Assembly: GCA_028534125.1 (NCBI GenBank)
Contig: CM052818.1
Location: 10,914,001 to 10,978,000, forward strand
Length of the DNA stretch: 64,000 nucleotides
Direction of reading: 5' to 3'
From: Lama glama
Lineage: Eukaryota
Each line of letters opens with the position of its first letter. The first letter of the stretch is position 1. Positions 1 through 12,870 of the stretch are shown here, piece after piece. The notes beneath the pieces were generated by a model, which was given only the letters and a program-made list of their open reading frames with translations, had not been told where the DNA came from and did not search any database. The position numbers and the translations under genes are program-made.

Positions 1-666
1 GAGCCAGTCAAATGACGAATTGTATCTGTAAGAATCTGAGACCTTCAGCTCCTCTGTTTGTGGTCTGGCACAGTATGGTTAAGGAGAGTGTATTTCCTAT
101 CACTTCCTTGTCATGCATGCCTATCTGAGCATAAAAGTTCCTGTTCCCTGATAATAATAAGCTTATGAGTGCCCCCAAATTAATACTTGAGTAACAGGGA
201 TATTGTGTATAGCCTTGCAAAGTGATGACCGCAAAGATAAGTGAACATCTTTTGGAGGAGTTTTTGAGGCAGTACAAGACAAGGATTCTATGAGATGAGT
301 ATGAGAATGACCATTACTGAAGGGCACTCATAAGAAACCTCCAGGGTACCTTGATTCAAATGCGTGGGCCTAGGCTCCCAGAATGTCACTAGTTCTGTTA
401 TTATCATCGAGGCTGGTATGGTCTGGGAAATGAGAGCTGTACTTGGGATTCCCAAAAGCCAGGGTGTGTTCCACATGGTGCTTGCTTGCTGTGCTCTTCC
501 GGTTTCCCCATTCTTAAACTGCAACCAACACTAGGGGCTCCTCATGCCAGTGTGGCAAAGGACTTCGAGTCTCTGTGGATCTCTGTGCTTCTGTTTCTTC
601 ACACCTGTAGAGTGGAAGATGTCATTCCATGTACTTGCTGTTGTTGTTGTTTACATTTATAATCTA

Positions 667-750
667 CAGAGAGAGAGAGAGAAAGAAGGAGGAGGAGGAG
701 GAGGAGGAAGAGAAGGAAAAGAGAGAAGACAGAGGAAAGAAAGGGAGGAA
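667..750. repeat. Purine-rich (GA)n/(GGA)n low-complexity tract
   Basis: gagagagagagaga...ggaggaggaggaggagg seen directly; it produces the spurious poly-G/E/R and poly-L ORFs. Confidence 0.9.
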
Positions 751-876
751 TTCCATAAAAGGGAGTTCCTGAAGTCAGACAGTTGTGAGGACTGAAAGAG
801 AGATGATACATTTTATATCAGATATGCTATGTAAGATGAGCATTATTTAGTTATTTGTGGAAGTGGGCTATATTGT

Positions 877-1101
877 TGTTACCTACTGAATTGTATTTCC
901 CTCCAAATTCATATATTGAAGCCCTAAATCCTAGTACTTCAGAATGTAAGCATATTTGAGATAGGGCCTACAAAGAGGTGATTAAGTTAAAATGAGCCCA
1001 ATCAGGTGGGGCCTGAATCCAGTAGGACTGATGTTCTTAAAGAAGAGAAAGGGGTGTGTGCACACAGAGAGAGGGCCACGGGAGGACACCAGTGAGAAGG
1101 T
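877..1101 (+). mobile_element. MaLR LTR, 5' part (MLT1A/B/C-like)
   Basis: tgaattgtatttccctccaaattcatatattgaagccctaaatcctagtacttcagaatgt...gatagggcc...gtgattaagttaaaatgag...ggcctgaatccagtaggactgatgttctta follows the MLT1 5' consensus as I recall it. Confidence 0.85.
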
Positions 1102-1834
1102 ATCACTCCATGGCAGGGTCATGTGCGATTCATTCCTTCTCTAGGCATTTCTGCTTTTCACTTAACAGTGCTTAATGATCAAATGTTACACTGATCATTA
1201 TTTTTAAAAAACCATTGAAATGCGAATTAAAAACCCAAAACAAACATACGAAACATTCATTTGCCACTTCTATCTGTTAATCCACTGAGAGAGAGCTAAT
1301 TTTATATGCCGCCTTCCTAAGGTATACTTCTATAAAAGATTTAGTGAGACAAAAAGTAATTTCCATATGATATTTTATTTACTTATGAGGAATGTTATTT
1401 TTGTCATTATCACTAAAGAGAAAATAAAATAAAGGGAGAAAAGTGGAGAATCTTTAAAGCAAAAAAGAAGAACCTTGCTGTTCTAAGCTCAGCGAAATTA
1501 AGCCTGCAGAATCTGTATTTTGGTTTCATTCCTCCTATTTCATCAACACAGGATGTTCTTCAAAGCCCTAATGCTAATCAGGGCAAGCTTTGCATCGGTG
1601 CATATTAGCCTCTACCTTAGACAGGTTAGCGCCATTTCCTTTTTTGGCCTGCTGTGAGTGAAAAATAGCATTGTTGTTTTAAGTCATAATGATTTTGAGG
1701 ATTTTTATTCACTGCAGAATAAGCATGACCATCCCAACTGATAGACTGTACTTCTTAAGAGTGGCCTGAATGTGGAGTTAAGGGACTTCAAAAAAAAAAA
1801 TGAAGAAGTCTAACATCTGAGATTTGGGAGATGC

Positions 1835-2015
1835 GTCATGGAAGGATGGAATAGTGGCACTTCAGATGGACGCTGATGACTGGACAGGACTTAGACAAGG
1901 GGCGATGGGCACAAGGTCACTCCTGATGCAGGGAAAAAGCACAGCGAAGGCACACAGATGGGAGAGTGTGGGGCACTATAAAAAAGAATTAGTAATTTTG
2001 TTTACCTGGAGCGGA
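1835..2015 (-). mobile_element. L2 LINE 3' fragment, highly diverged
   Basis: gcagggaaaaagcacagcgaaggcacacagatgggagagtgtggggcac resembles the reverse-strand L2 3' region. Confidence 0.5.
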
Positions 2016-2586
2016 AAGACATAATGGGATTAGCTAGTAATTAATCTAGAATGACTCATATGCCAACAATTTTCCCATTAGTTCGAAGGTACCTAGATAT
2101 TATAATTGCTCCCCTTTGGGCATTGTGGAGTGTTCCCAGCTTCCTAACCACTCCACAACTACTGTATTCTGCAGAATGTAAACTGATATGTTGAAATTTA
2201 AATGACCCTACTGAATCCGAGGTTCTTTGATTGAGGGTGGCTATGTTATTTGTGTTAATAATACTTCCATGTGGCACCTTAGCTCACAGTGCCAGAATGA
2301 CATCATAAAACAATACCCAAATACACTTATGCCATCTTTCATCTGAGAATCTCAAAGTGCTTTACAAACATTAATTAAGGTTCAAAATTAATTAGATGTA
2401 TTAATTTTTCATTGTATAGAATAGACTTTGCAGCTCCATTGATTTTTATGTGCTAACAAGCTTTGCCTGAGTCTCTTCCTTCATTCTGTTTTCCCCTTCC
2501 TGTGTAAATGGGTATAAAGAGGAGAAGAAAAAGACTCATGGCATTTGGAAGACTGGAAGTTGATTTGAATTTGGGCTTTTCAGCTC

Positions 2587-2590
<4 letters not shown>

Positions 2591-2630
<40 letters not shown>
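2591..2630. repeat. (TG)20 microsatellite
   Basis: Perfect TG run seen directly. Confidence 0.98.
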
Positions 2631-2633
<3 letters not shown>

Positions 2634-2636
2634 CTC

Positions 2637-2820
2637 TTTTTTTTTTTTCTGAAGTATAGTTGGTTTACAATGTTGTGTTAGTTTCTGGTCTCTGGTCTAC
2701 AGCATAGTGATTCGGTCATACATACATATATACATACATACTCTTTTCAAATTCATTTTCTTTGCAGGTTATTATAGGGTAGTAAATATAGTTCCCCTGT
2801 GCTATACAACAGGATCTTAT
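2637..2820 (-). mobile_element. L1 3' end (artiodactyl-type 3'UTR) with poly-A
   Basis: Poly-T followed by gaagtatagttggtttacaatgttgtgttagtttctgg...tatagttcccctgtgctatacaacagg; reverse complement of the same family seen at 5122-5515 and 52762-52995. Confidence 0.92.
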
Positions 2821-4649
2821 TTAGAACTTGACCCACTCTTGCTGTCACATCTGTCCGTGTGATTTTTAAATGCCAGCCCTATCATAGTGAGGACTGACTC
2901 TGTGAGGTCACCTCTAACATTCCTATGTGACACTGGGGAGGTGTGCCAGGGGCTGAGTTTGTGCTCTGCTGCATTTTCTTTTTTCCTGGCATACCAGGTT
3001 TTTAACATTAAGTATGATATTGCCTTGACCTAAATTCATATGGAAATAGTGGTGCTGATGTCTGGACAAGACATGGACAGTTTGTGATTGTGTGGCTTAA
3101 GTGCCTGTAAAATATGACTCAACTGTCTGAAAGGGGGAAAATGCTGACAAATCACATCTTTTCACACTAAAGGTTGGTTTGAATAAGTGCACCTAAGGAT
3201 CAGATTATTTTTTTCCCTCTGGAAAATAGGTGGAAAAAAATTTTAAAACAAGCAAACAAACAAAACCCCCAAATGAGTATTATATTATACATGGGGAGTG
3301 GAAATTGGAACACCCATCTCAAAGGTTTGAGTTTCTTCTTTTTCCTTCTTTTGTTTTAATCATGTTAGCTTCCAGCAGCAGACCAGGGTTTTGGGTTTGT
3401 TTGTATTTACAATTGGTGTCTTAAAAGATTCATTATGAAATGTGTCACTGTTTCAGAAAAGGAAGCTGAGGCCCAAGCTGGTATGTCCTGGCTGGGCAAA
3501 TGGAGACTCCCCCATCTGCACTGTGTTAGGGAGAACACTGACCCTGTGTGTCTGGCGGGGAGCAGGTTGGGGGTGGTATTGCTCACACATGTGTGTGAGA
3601 GCCACGCTGAGCTAAAGCTTATGAAGGTTTCCTTCTTTCAGGGTCAGACACCGGGCAGCACAGATTTAGCCATCTCAGCCCTGACGTCCACCACATGGCT
3701 CACATTCCCAGTCCATTCACCCTTGCTGGGGCTGAGCTGCCAAGTCCCTGGCTGGCTTCTTCCTGTTCTCCAAGCTGTTCACTCCTGCACACAGAGTGCA
3801 GCACATTTTCCAGTGTTCACACTCCTCTGTCGGCTAGTTTTCTTGCACAGTTAGTTCCACAGAAACAACAGAAGCAAAATTTCTGGGATCTGGTAATTTG
3901 CCTGGGAGCTGCCGCCAGTCACTGGCATTGGATAAAAGACTTCTTTAGCCAAGGTGAATTTAAAGGCAGGCAGGTACAAAGAGGTTCACATGAAACTGGC
4001 TCTTTCTTTGTGGAGCCAAAGGGCATTTTCCATTTGGTAGAAAATGCTGAATTATTTCCTGCAGACTAGAGCAGTCTTTGTTGTCACTTCTACTTGTCCA
4101 GCATCCTTCTCAGAGCAAGGTCATCAGGCTTCTGGGCTCTAAAGTTCCCCTACCTAAATGCTTTTGCTCATGGGAAGCCTCCCAGTGGAGGAAGTCTCAC
4201 TCCCTTCTCATTCCTGTCCAGCTTTGCAAACCCTAACCATTCTTCAAGCTCCAACCCCTGTCCTCATTCCTTATTGTAGTTTACCTGTCCAGCCAGCCCT
4301 CGGCTCTCCTCAGCCTCTGAACTCATGGCATTATTATCTGAACTATTTGGCAATTAATAATGTATACCATAGCTTTGACACCCTCTGTATTACATCATGA
4401 TTAAATTTGTATGATTTAACTTTTCAGGTGTCAGTTTCTAATATTTTCTGTGGCAGGGACCAAATGTTATGCAATCTTTGAATTCTCCTTGGTACATATT
4501 AGATTTGGGGGGCATATTGTTCCAGTAAGTATTTATTGATTTAAAATACTCAGGCAAGAAGAGTGAATTATATCACTTTTTCATAAGAAAAATATGGTAA
4601 ATTATCTGATCTTATATTTTTATAACATATGCATATATAAATCCACATG

Positions 4650-5115
4650 TGTATATATATTTTTTTTCTTTGAATGTAGGTTTTAGAAAGGCTAATTATT
4701 CAGAAAGAGAGAAGAGAAATTTGTTGGAAGAATATTGGTTTGGTAGGTTCTGGAGTATCTCTAGGAAATCAAAGGCAGCTAGGTTTCTGGGGTATTTTAA
4801 GCAGAAACTGAACAGTCTTCAGAAATGCAGGCAACCCTCTTTCTTCCTCAATGTCTCTTCTGTTTCTCTCTGAATACCTGATTTTCACTCTTTTGGTATA
4901 TGAACTGACTTCCTCTGTTGCTATGAGAGGGGAACAGCCTCAGAGTTTGAGAATTTATGCTACCTCAATTCTAGCCAGATGCAGAAACTGACTAGGTATC
5001 AATCAGCTCCAATTCCAAATTCCAGGGAAAGAGTCTGACTGGCTCAAATTGGATCAGGTGACCATTCCAGAAACCCTAAAGTATGGCTAAGGGACCAAGT
5101 TATATAACAGATACA
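4650..5115 (-). mobile_element. Old MaLR LTR (MLT1J/K-like), interrupted by the L1 at 5122
   Basis: aaattccagggaaagagtctgactggctcaaattggatcaggtgaccattccagaaac resembles reverse MLT1J/K; left boundary uncertain. Confidence 0.55.
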
Positions 5116-5121
5116 GTTACT

Positions 5122-5515
5122 GTAAGTCAGACAGAGGAAGACAAATGTTATATGATATCACTTATATGTGGAATCTAAAAAAATGACACAAATGGACTTA
5201 TTTACAAACAAGAAATAGACTAACAGACATAGAAAACAAACTATGGTTACCAAAGACGAAAGGGGTTGTGGGGGACGGATAAATTAGGAGTTTAGGATCA
5301 ACAGATATATGCTACTGTATATAAAATACATAAACAACAAGGACCTACTGTATAACACCAGGAACTATATTCAATATCTTGTAATAGTTTATAATGGAAA
5401 AGAATCTGAAAAATAATATCAATATGTACATGTATAACTGAATCACTTTGCTGTGCACCTGAAACTAACACAACATTGCAAATCAACTATACTTCAATCA
5501 AAATAAATAAGTAAA
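5122..5515 (+). mobile_element. 5'-truncated L1 (end of ORF2, 3'UTR, A-rich tail)
   Basis: gtaagtcagacagaggaagacaaat...cacttatatgtggaatctaaaa...ggacctactgtataacaccaggaactatattcaatatcttg...aatcaactatacttcaat plus A-rich tail; possible degraded TSD agatacagttact / aaatatagtttct. Confidence 0.93.
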
Positions 5516-5659
5516 AAATATAGTTTCTAGGATCCCATCCTTGTGGAAGAGAGTCAGTTCAAAGTAAAAGGAGATTATCATCATCTAGTCAGACACCTCC
5601 AAATTTTATCAACTACAAATCTTAATTATGGTCCTTTTCCTGATTTTCAGACTAAGTCA

Positions 5660-5975
5660 ATAATATCATCATTCACTCAGGTAACTGGGGTTAGAAACCT
5701 GGACCTTATCCCTGCCTCTCTTCTATCTTGTCCTCAAGGTCTATGAGTTCTACTTCCTCTCTCTTCCCCCTCCTCTCTGTGCGCACTGATATTGCCTTAA
5801 CCCAAATTTTCCCAGCTTGTTACCTGGATTAGTAACATAGACTTCACACTGTTCTCCGAGCCTCTAGTTCCACCCATCACTTCCCAGTCACATTCCACAT
5901 AAAGATATTTTTTGGAGCACAGATCAAACGAGGTCAGTCTCTTGTATTGGAATATGAAGTGTTTTCACCATCACC
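5660..5975 (+). mobile_element. L2 ORF2 3' fragment
   Basis: tcattcactcaggtaactggggttagaaacctggaccttatcc...ttacctggattagtaacatagacttc is typical L2 sequence. Confidence 0.65.
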
Positions 5976-5979
5976 TGCA

Positions 5980-7295
5980 TTCCTTTATTAAATATTATTC
6001 ATCTAGTGTTTGTTGGTCACCTACTATAAGCCATACACTTCTTGAGAAGACGTAAGTAGGAAGAAGATTAAGATACAAAAGTTCCCAGGCCCCATGAGGC
6101 CTTGAGGGAAGGCAGAGAATACAGCTAATTTTAGATAGGAACAGTCAAAAGGAAGGCAGTAAATAGGCTGATATGAGAAGGAGTATGTGAGGGAAGTGAG
6201 GCGACTTCAGATGAAGTCATCAGGAAAGTGTGAGATGGTATTTGGGATTTTAAAAAATGGAGATATGGAAAGAATCCATTCTTATGAAGACATGCAGGTA
6301 GAGAATTCCAAGTAAAGGGAAGGGAAGGTGCATAAGCTCTGAGGGATGAATGAGAGTGTTTAATTTCAGAAACAGAAAGGTGGTGAGTGTCACTGAGCAC
6401 AGTGAGCAAGGAGCTAGGTCAGATCAGAGAGAGCAGGGAACCAGGACTCAGATGGCTTGGCAGTCCTTATGCTCTTCTTTTTTTTTTTTTTTTTTCAATT
6501 GAGGTGTAATTGGCATGTGATACCATATTTAATTTCAGGTGTGCAACATAGTGATTGAACATTTGTATACATTGGTAAACGGTCACCACAGTAAGTTTAA
6601 TTGTCATCTGTCACCTTACAAAGTTAGTATGTGATCGACTGTATTCTCCATCTCATGCTCTTCTGTGTTCAGTGGGAACTGAGTACATGCAGGGGTCTTA
6701 AGAGAGGAGTCACACTGAAAAGTTTCAAGCTTCAAACATTCACTGTGGCAGTTGTGGAAATGATTGTACATTGGTGAGAATAGGAGGCCGGTTAGAAGAT
6801 GACCTAATTAGTCTAGGCAAATGATGCTGGCATAAAGCACGGTGGGCGGGGCGCTGGAAGAAGACCTGAGAGGACTTGTCATGGAGAAAGTGCAGGGGAA
6901 GTGAGGGGAGGGAAGAGTAAGGAGACTCCTAAGTTGAGGCAGATGTTAGTATCTTTTCCTAAGATGAGGAAGACTGAGGAAGGAAGAGACAAAGGGTGTG
7001 TGTGGAGATATAGGGATGCGAGTAGAGGATCAAGCGTGTGAGTTCAGAGATGCCTGATACACATCCAAGAAGAGATATGAATCAGGAAACTGTATGTATG
7101 AGTCTAAAGAGAAATTTGAGCTGTAGAATATTAATTTGGAAATAATCAGCCTCAAGATTGCATCTAAAGCTGTAGTGCCGGATGGCATCATCAAAACAGA
7201 GAGTGTAGATAGAGGAACTAGGACCTGGGACTGAGGCTCAAGGTCCTCTAGCATTTACATGTAGGTAGAGGACCAGCCAGCACAGGGATTGAACA
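5980..7295 (-). mobile_element. L2 LINE (~1.1 kb, 3' tail to ORF2), interrupted by a short L1
   Basis: Tail cattcctttattaaatatt...ggtcacctactataagcc; later gagttcagagatgcctgatacacatcc...aatttggaaataatcagcc...ggactgaggc, all typical of reverse L2. Confidence 0.85.
6479..6651 (-). mobile_element. Short L1 3' end (L1MA9-like) with TSD
   Basis: Poly-T plus aattgaggtgtaattggcatg...tttcaggtgtgcaacatagtgattg; flanked by atgctcttct at 6469-6478 and 6655-6664. Confidence 0.9.
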
Positions 7296-8504
7296 GATCA
7301 GGCCAACATTCCTGTTAACCTAACAATCCAATCAGCTCATGTTTCCTTGAACAGTGTGCATTGCCACAGCTTTCTGGCACCTTCAAAGAGGAACCATCTT
7401 AGCTTCTTTCTCCTAAAGAATGTAGAAAATTGGCATTTACACAGAAAAAGTGTTTGCAGAGAAAGGATAATCTAAAGCCAGTATCCCCAGCGGTAAGCCT
7501 CCCAACCACCCCCCAGGACAGTCTGAATGAAAAAATGATTATGTACTTAATGTCCACTGAGCACCCTGGAGAGAAAAAGAGCATACTATAATTGCAAAGT
7601 ATTATTTTTACCATTATTAATACATGAATCATTCATTAGGAAAAAGAACGCGGAATTGGAAAGTCAGGAGATAATAGGCTGTGTTTCTAATGTTGCACAG
7701 AAGGAATCACCCACATAAATTTCCTCCCACTAGGATGTGTAGCCAGATTTACACATGCTGAGTATGTTGTCGCAAAGACAAACCCTTAGCAATAACTATT
7801 GGAGACCAAAGTGTTTGTAGTCAGGTGAACATCTACTCTTTACCCCTTATTTTTCCCCTTTGATCTTTGCCTGCTTTACAGAAGGATTTTTGCATAAAAT
7901 GTCCTAGGTGGAAGGAACCTTTTTGAGTAGGGTCTCTTAGAAAGGTATCAGCCTTCTCATGCAGGCAACATTTTCAAATGGAGTGTTTCAGCCTTTAAAA
8001 AATGAAGGCATTTATAGAAGTTTGGAAGGGCTTTTAAAACGCTAAGAATAGGCACCAAAATCCTGGATTTTCTGCCAGGATACCTGCCACCTAGAGCCAG
8101 AAGATCTTATCATGAAGCAAAACAAACACACACACATAAATATGAGTATGTGCATTTGGATAAATCTTTGGAAACACAAAACAACAAAAGATTCTGAACT
8201 TGATTTGCAGGCTCTTATTGACTAAAACAGGTAGAATAAACAAGACTGAATTGAAATCCGCTATTTCTATTCCTGTATCTTGTAAAGGGAGAGAACTTGC
8301 TTCTCCAAACAGGCTTCTGGAATACAGTGACCAAAGGTAACTGCTGTTTTAAAGAAAAGTCCACCTTAAACTTCTTCAAATGGGAGATTAAATTTAATGG
8401 AAGTAAATTAGTACTGAAACGGGTATTGAGGAATAAGCAAAAACTAAGTGTGTGTCTTTCTTTATGAATAATAAGTAAAATACAGAAAAGGCAAAAGGTA
8501 GAAA

Positions 8505-8620
8505 TGTGTGCATATCTGTGAAGCATGTGTGTGTGCACGTGTGTGTGAGAAAGAGAGAGATGATTGGGGTTGAGGGAGAGAGACATTCAAAGAGAGAGTG
8601 ACATTCAGAGAGAGAGACGG
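8505..8620. repeat. (TG)n/(GA)n low-complexity tract
   Basis: Imperfect TG then GA runs seen directly. Confidence 0.8.
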
Positions 8621-10324
8621 AGTGATTAGGTCCTGAATTTCTGATAGATCATTGGGATGATAGATTCCTCTTCACAAACAGTACTGGGAGATTGGAAGTG
8701 GGAGATTCAGGTGATTTAAGTTCCATAATTTTATTCAAATATCACATAGCTCTAAGACAGGATTCATAAAACTCTTGAATACATGTAATTCTGTAATAGA
8801 ATAATAATGTTGCACAGTCCTTCAGGCTCCTGATTATGAAGGCATCTTTACTGCTGTGTCCTGTGATCCATCTGAGTGTTCTTCATCTCTCCACCATAAA
8901 TTGTAAGTGGCAATTGGAAGGTCTAGAGTATCGGTAATCACAAGGGAGAGAGGTGGCTATTAAGCAGTAGCCCTTCCTTCAGAATCATTTTTTAAGCCAC
9001 ATGTAAAATCAGTCTCATTTTTGACCAAAAAAAAATATTATTCCCAGTTTAACTATCTTACTCACCAGATTTTAGCCAAATTAGGTTTTGCTATGTCTAG
9101 TAATGAAATTCACTCTAGAAAGGATAATGTGTTACTGTTGAGAGTATTTAAATAGATATGCCTTGGGCTCTGACAGTAAATCTAAAGACATAACTCCAAA
9201 AATGTGGAGTTCAAAGAGACAGTTATTATTGAAGTAAGAATAAAAGTGACCCAAATTATAACTTTTGACAGGGATGCTTTTATTGTTGATTTTTTGTTGT
9301 TTAGTTTTAGTAAATTCAACCCTATTATTTTTATAACATGCAAATCAAGTTCAGACATGAGATCTGAACCTGCAATAGAACAGGAATGCACTTAATCCAA
9401 GGCGGACTTACTCACTTAATGAAAAGACACTTGGTTATTTTTTGGTATGTTCCTAGATAAATTTATTCTTGATTTATATAACTAGATAGCAGATCCTTTA
9501 GTCCTACCCTACCATATTGTCTTCTTCAGCGTTGGGATTGTCTCTGAAATCTTGAGCTAGTTAAAATTTATGTTTCAAAAACTGTCTTGTTAACTCTTTG
9601 AACACACAGATTAAAAAATACATGATTGCAGTTGTTTGCACCTGCTGACACACCCTTAGAAGTTCTGCACAATGGCACACTGCTCTTTTAAGATGAAGTG
9701 GAGCACACATATTCCACGCTAAGCCACACCACTCTCACTCTTATGATGAACATCATACTGGAAAAGTGGCAGCTGAAACTTGAAATGTAATTTGGGTCAA
9801 TCCTTACAGACTAGGTAAATATTCTGGGCCCTGTAGTTTATGCACAATATCTGGCTCAGGCCTAATTGTTTAATGAATGAAAAATAAGCAAGTAAATGCC
9901 AGTTGACTGGGTCTACAACTCAAAAGTCTTGACCTCATTAATCACACTACCTATTAATTAACTGAGCTGAGGCCCCCAAATAACCCTTTCCCTGTGCAAG
10001 AAATCCAACTTTAAAAGATTACATTCAAGGTACTAACTGAGAACAAGTTCTGGAGTCAGATGCTTTAAGAATAGCTGCTTGTTCTGTAATAAGTTACCAA
10101 ATCTGCTCCTTCTTCTAGCTTCTAATCTCAGATTTTATTGGGGATAAAAACTGAAGAAAAAAATGTCCTTACTGGAGCGCCTTTCTTTTGTCTGTGTGTG
10201 TTGTGTATTTCCTATTCTAGGGAGCTTTTATGGTCTATCAGTTTCCATCTGCTAAATATCTTCCAGATTTCCTAACTGATCATTCATCTAGGACCCCCCA
10301 GTGGGCTTCATAGAACTGATATAG

Positions 10325-10412
10325 ATTTATTTTTATATTTCTTCTGTCATTTCGATGGGATCTGAGTAGGGAGGAGAAGTCGTTTGTTCAGTCAGCCATC
10401 TTGATCCAGAGT
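10325..10412 (-). mobile_element. 5' terminus of an old L1ME/HAL1-type element
   Basis: ctgtcatttcgatgggatctgagtagggaggagaagtcgtttgttcagtcagccatcttgatccagagt resembles the reverse of the acttccggttcaagatggcggactg start of old L1M/HAL1 elements. Confidence 0.55.
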
Positions 10413-11297
10413 TGATAACCTTTTATCAGGGCAGCCACAGAGGGACAGAACTCATGCCCTAGATCCTTTAAAAAGTAATTTTGAGAGACATTTAGCACAT
10501 TCAGAAGACTAGCAACCTGACCTACATTCTTTCAGTATATTGATTTGCAAAATCCAAGTCTTTCTTTACTTTCATATTTTCTGTGCTTCAGTTCTTTANN
10601 NNNNNNNNNNNNNNNNNNNNNNNNNNNNNNNNNNNNNNNNNNNNNNNNNNNNNNNNNNNNNNNNNNNNNNNNNNNNNNNNNNNNNNNNNNNNNNNNNNNN
10701 NNNNNNNNNNNNNNNNNNNNNNNNNNNNNNNNNNNNNNNNNNNNNNNNNNNNNNNNNNNNNNNNNNNNNNNNNNNNNNNNNNNNNNNNNNNNNNNNNNNN
10801 NNNNNNNNNNNNNNNNNNNNNNNNNNNNNNNNNNNNNNNNNNNNNNNNNNNNNNNNNNNNNNNNNNNNNNNNNNNNNNNNNNNNNNNNNNNNNNNNNNNN
10901 NNNNNNNNNNNNNNNNNNNNNNNNNNNNNNNNNNNNNNNNNNNNNNNNNNNNNNNNNNNNNNNNNNNNNNNNNNNNNNNNNNNNNNNNNNNNNNNNNNNN
11001 NNNNNNNNNNNNNNNNNNNNNNNNNNNNNNNNNNNNNNNNNNNNNNNNNNNNNNNNNNNNNNNNNNNNNNNNNNNNNNNNNNNNNNNNNNNNNNNNNNCT
11101 TGATCCAGAGTTGATAACCTTTTATCAGGGCAGCCACAGAGGGACAGAACTCATGCCCTAGATCCTTTAAAAAGTAATTTTGAGAGACATTTAGCACATT
11201 CAGAAGACTAGCAACCTGACCTACATTCTTTCAGTATATTGATTTGCAAAATCCAAGTCTTTCTTTACTTTCATATTTTCTGTGCTTCAGTTCTTTA
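10400..11297. other. 500-N assembly gap (10599-11098) flanked by an exact 199-bp direct repeat (10400-10598 = 11099-11297)
   Basis: Both copies read cttgatccagagttgataacc...ctgtgcttcagttcttta, and I saw no mismatch between them. Confidence 0.97.
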
Positions 11298-12439
11298 AGA
11301 AGAAAAAAATAGCAAACAGATAAAAGAGGCTATTAATTGTATCAATGTTTACTCTTAACTCTCTAAGCATCATAAACATGGCAAGAGTATGAGATAAATG
11401 GTTTTTTTTTCCAAATGTGTATAACAAGAGAATATATATCAGTCTTGGAATTTCCATTTATTAGCTTTTTTTTTTTTCATGAAGAGGAGTATTCTTGAGA
11501 GGGATGTATTCTAAGTAGGTATATATTATTTGGTTGTGATTCAATTAAAATTACATATTCTTAGAGGGAGAAGAAAAACTGTACCAAAGTGTATTTTTAC
11601 TTACTAGTTATTACAGTGTGCAGAATAAAAATGTATGTTTTACTCTAATCAGGGACCTTTGTGCATTGTTGTATTATTAAAAGAGATGTAGTATGTCTTA
11701 TTATTATTAAAAAGTTATGACAGACCAATCAACGAGATGGACATAGTGTCTATTCTGAAAGATAAAAACATGAGACAAGATATTACTCGTTTTAGTCTCA
11801 GTAATTCGTAGAAATGATGATGGTGGTGGTTGTGTATGTGTGTATTTATATGCATGTGTTTAGCTTCCATGTAAGACGTCATTTGAAATCATGTCTTAGT
11901 TAAGGATTTTCTCACTAAACCTATGTGAAGATGGATGACAGGGGCTGGCCTGTAGGAATGTGCAAGAGCTACCGGAATAGAAGAAAGAGGGGGAGGAGAA
12001 AAGGTTGGGCGAGGGAAAAAGGGAGGAACTATTGTAATGGATTCTGGCTTTTCATGTGCTAAGTGCCATGGACTGAGTTCTGTGTGCCCTTTTAAGCACG
12101 TTACCTTGACACCCTGTCTCAGTACCCAGTACTCTTCTGTTGCTAATCGTCTGCTCAGAAATCCTACTAAGAGTTTCCTCTGAGACATCCCTCCCCAGCA
12201 CTACTCCGCGTTCTCAGACTTCTCCTTCTTCTCTGTGCTCATTAATCTACTCACATCATTTCTGCTTTCTTCACAACATACCTCTACTTTCTCCCCCACC
12301 CCTATAAACTTTCCTCTGACTACTCCTTATGCTAATGTCTCCCTTTTCTGATTCATTCCAGCACCTGGAATCTCCTTTCAATAAAATTAAATATTTTTCT
12401 GGTAAGGGTAGTAGTGGCAAGAAGTAGCAGTGACATCAT

Positions 12440-12615
12440 CCAGCCTTTGTATAATGCCTTAAAACTTATGTTGTGCTTTCACATTTTTAATCTGGATTTA
12501 AGAGAGGTGTTACCAGCCCATCTAATGACAAGGACATAGAAAGTAAAAAGTAGTAAGAGTCTGTCCAAGGTCACTCAGCTATTTATTTAAGAAGAGAGCT
12601 GGGAGTGGAAGGTAA
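12440..12615 (-). mobile_element. MIR/MIR3 SINE fragment
   Basis: gtgctttcacatttttaatct...tgtccaaggtcactcagcta...gagctgggagtggaa. Confidence 0.6.
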
Positions 12616-12687
12616 TACCATACTGGAATTCACAGAAAACTCTGAAATTTTCATTCCAGGCAGCGCTTCAAGGCTATACAGGCCAAA

Positions 12688-12870
12688 GAGCTTTGGACCT
12701 TGGTCAATATCGAGGCTCTGAAGCTTACCAGCTGTGTGACTTTGAGCAAATCACCAGTCCACTTTGACCTCTGTTTTCTATCCCAAGTACTGCCAGTGCT
12801 TGTCATGAAAGGAAATGAGATGCAAGGACAAAGTTATCTGTTAAAAGCACAGCTCTGTAAAAATATTAGG
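12688..12870 (+). mobile_element. MIR SINE
   Basis: cttaccagctgtgtgactttgagcaaatcac...gacctctgttttctatc matches the MIR core. Confidence 0.75.

Noticed and set aside
345..604. Minus-strand exon candidate after ttccactctacAG
   Set aside because: All three frames hit stops soon after the acceptor, and it opposes the inferred transcription direction.
5660..6100. Converging L2 pair as a miR-28/151-like hairpin source
   Set aside because: The plus-strand copy lacks the 3' tail, so there are no complementary arms and no hairpin is evident.
10532..11197. Four long ORFs (187-221 aa)
   Set aside because: They run through the N gap and are artefacts.
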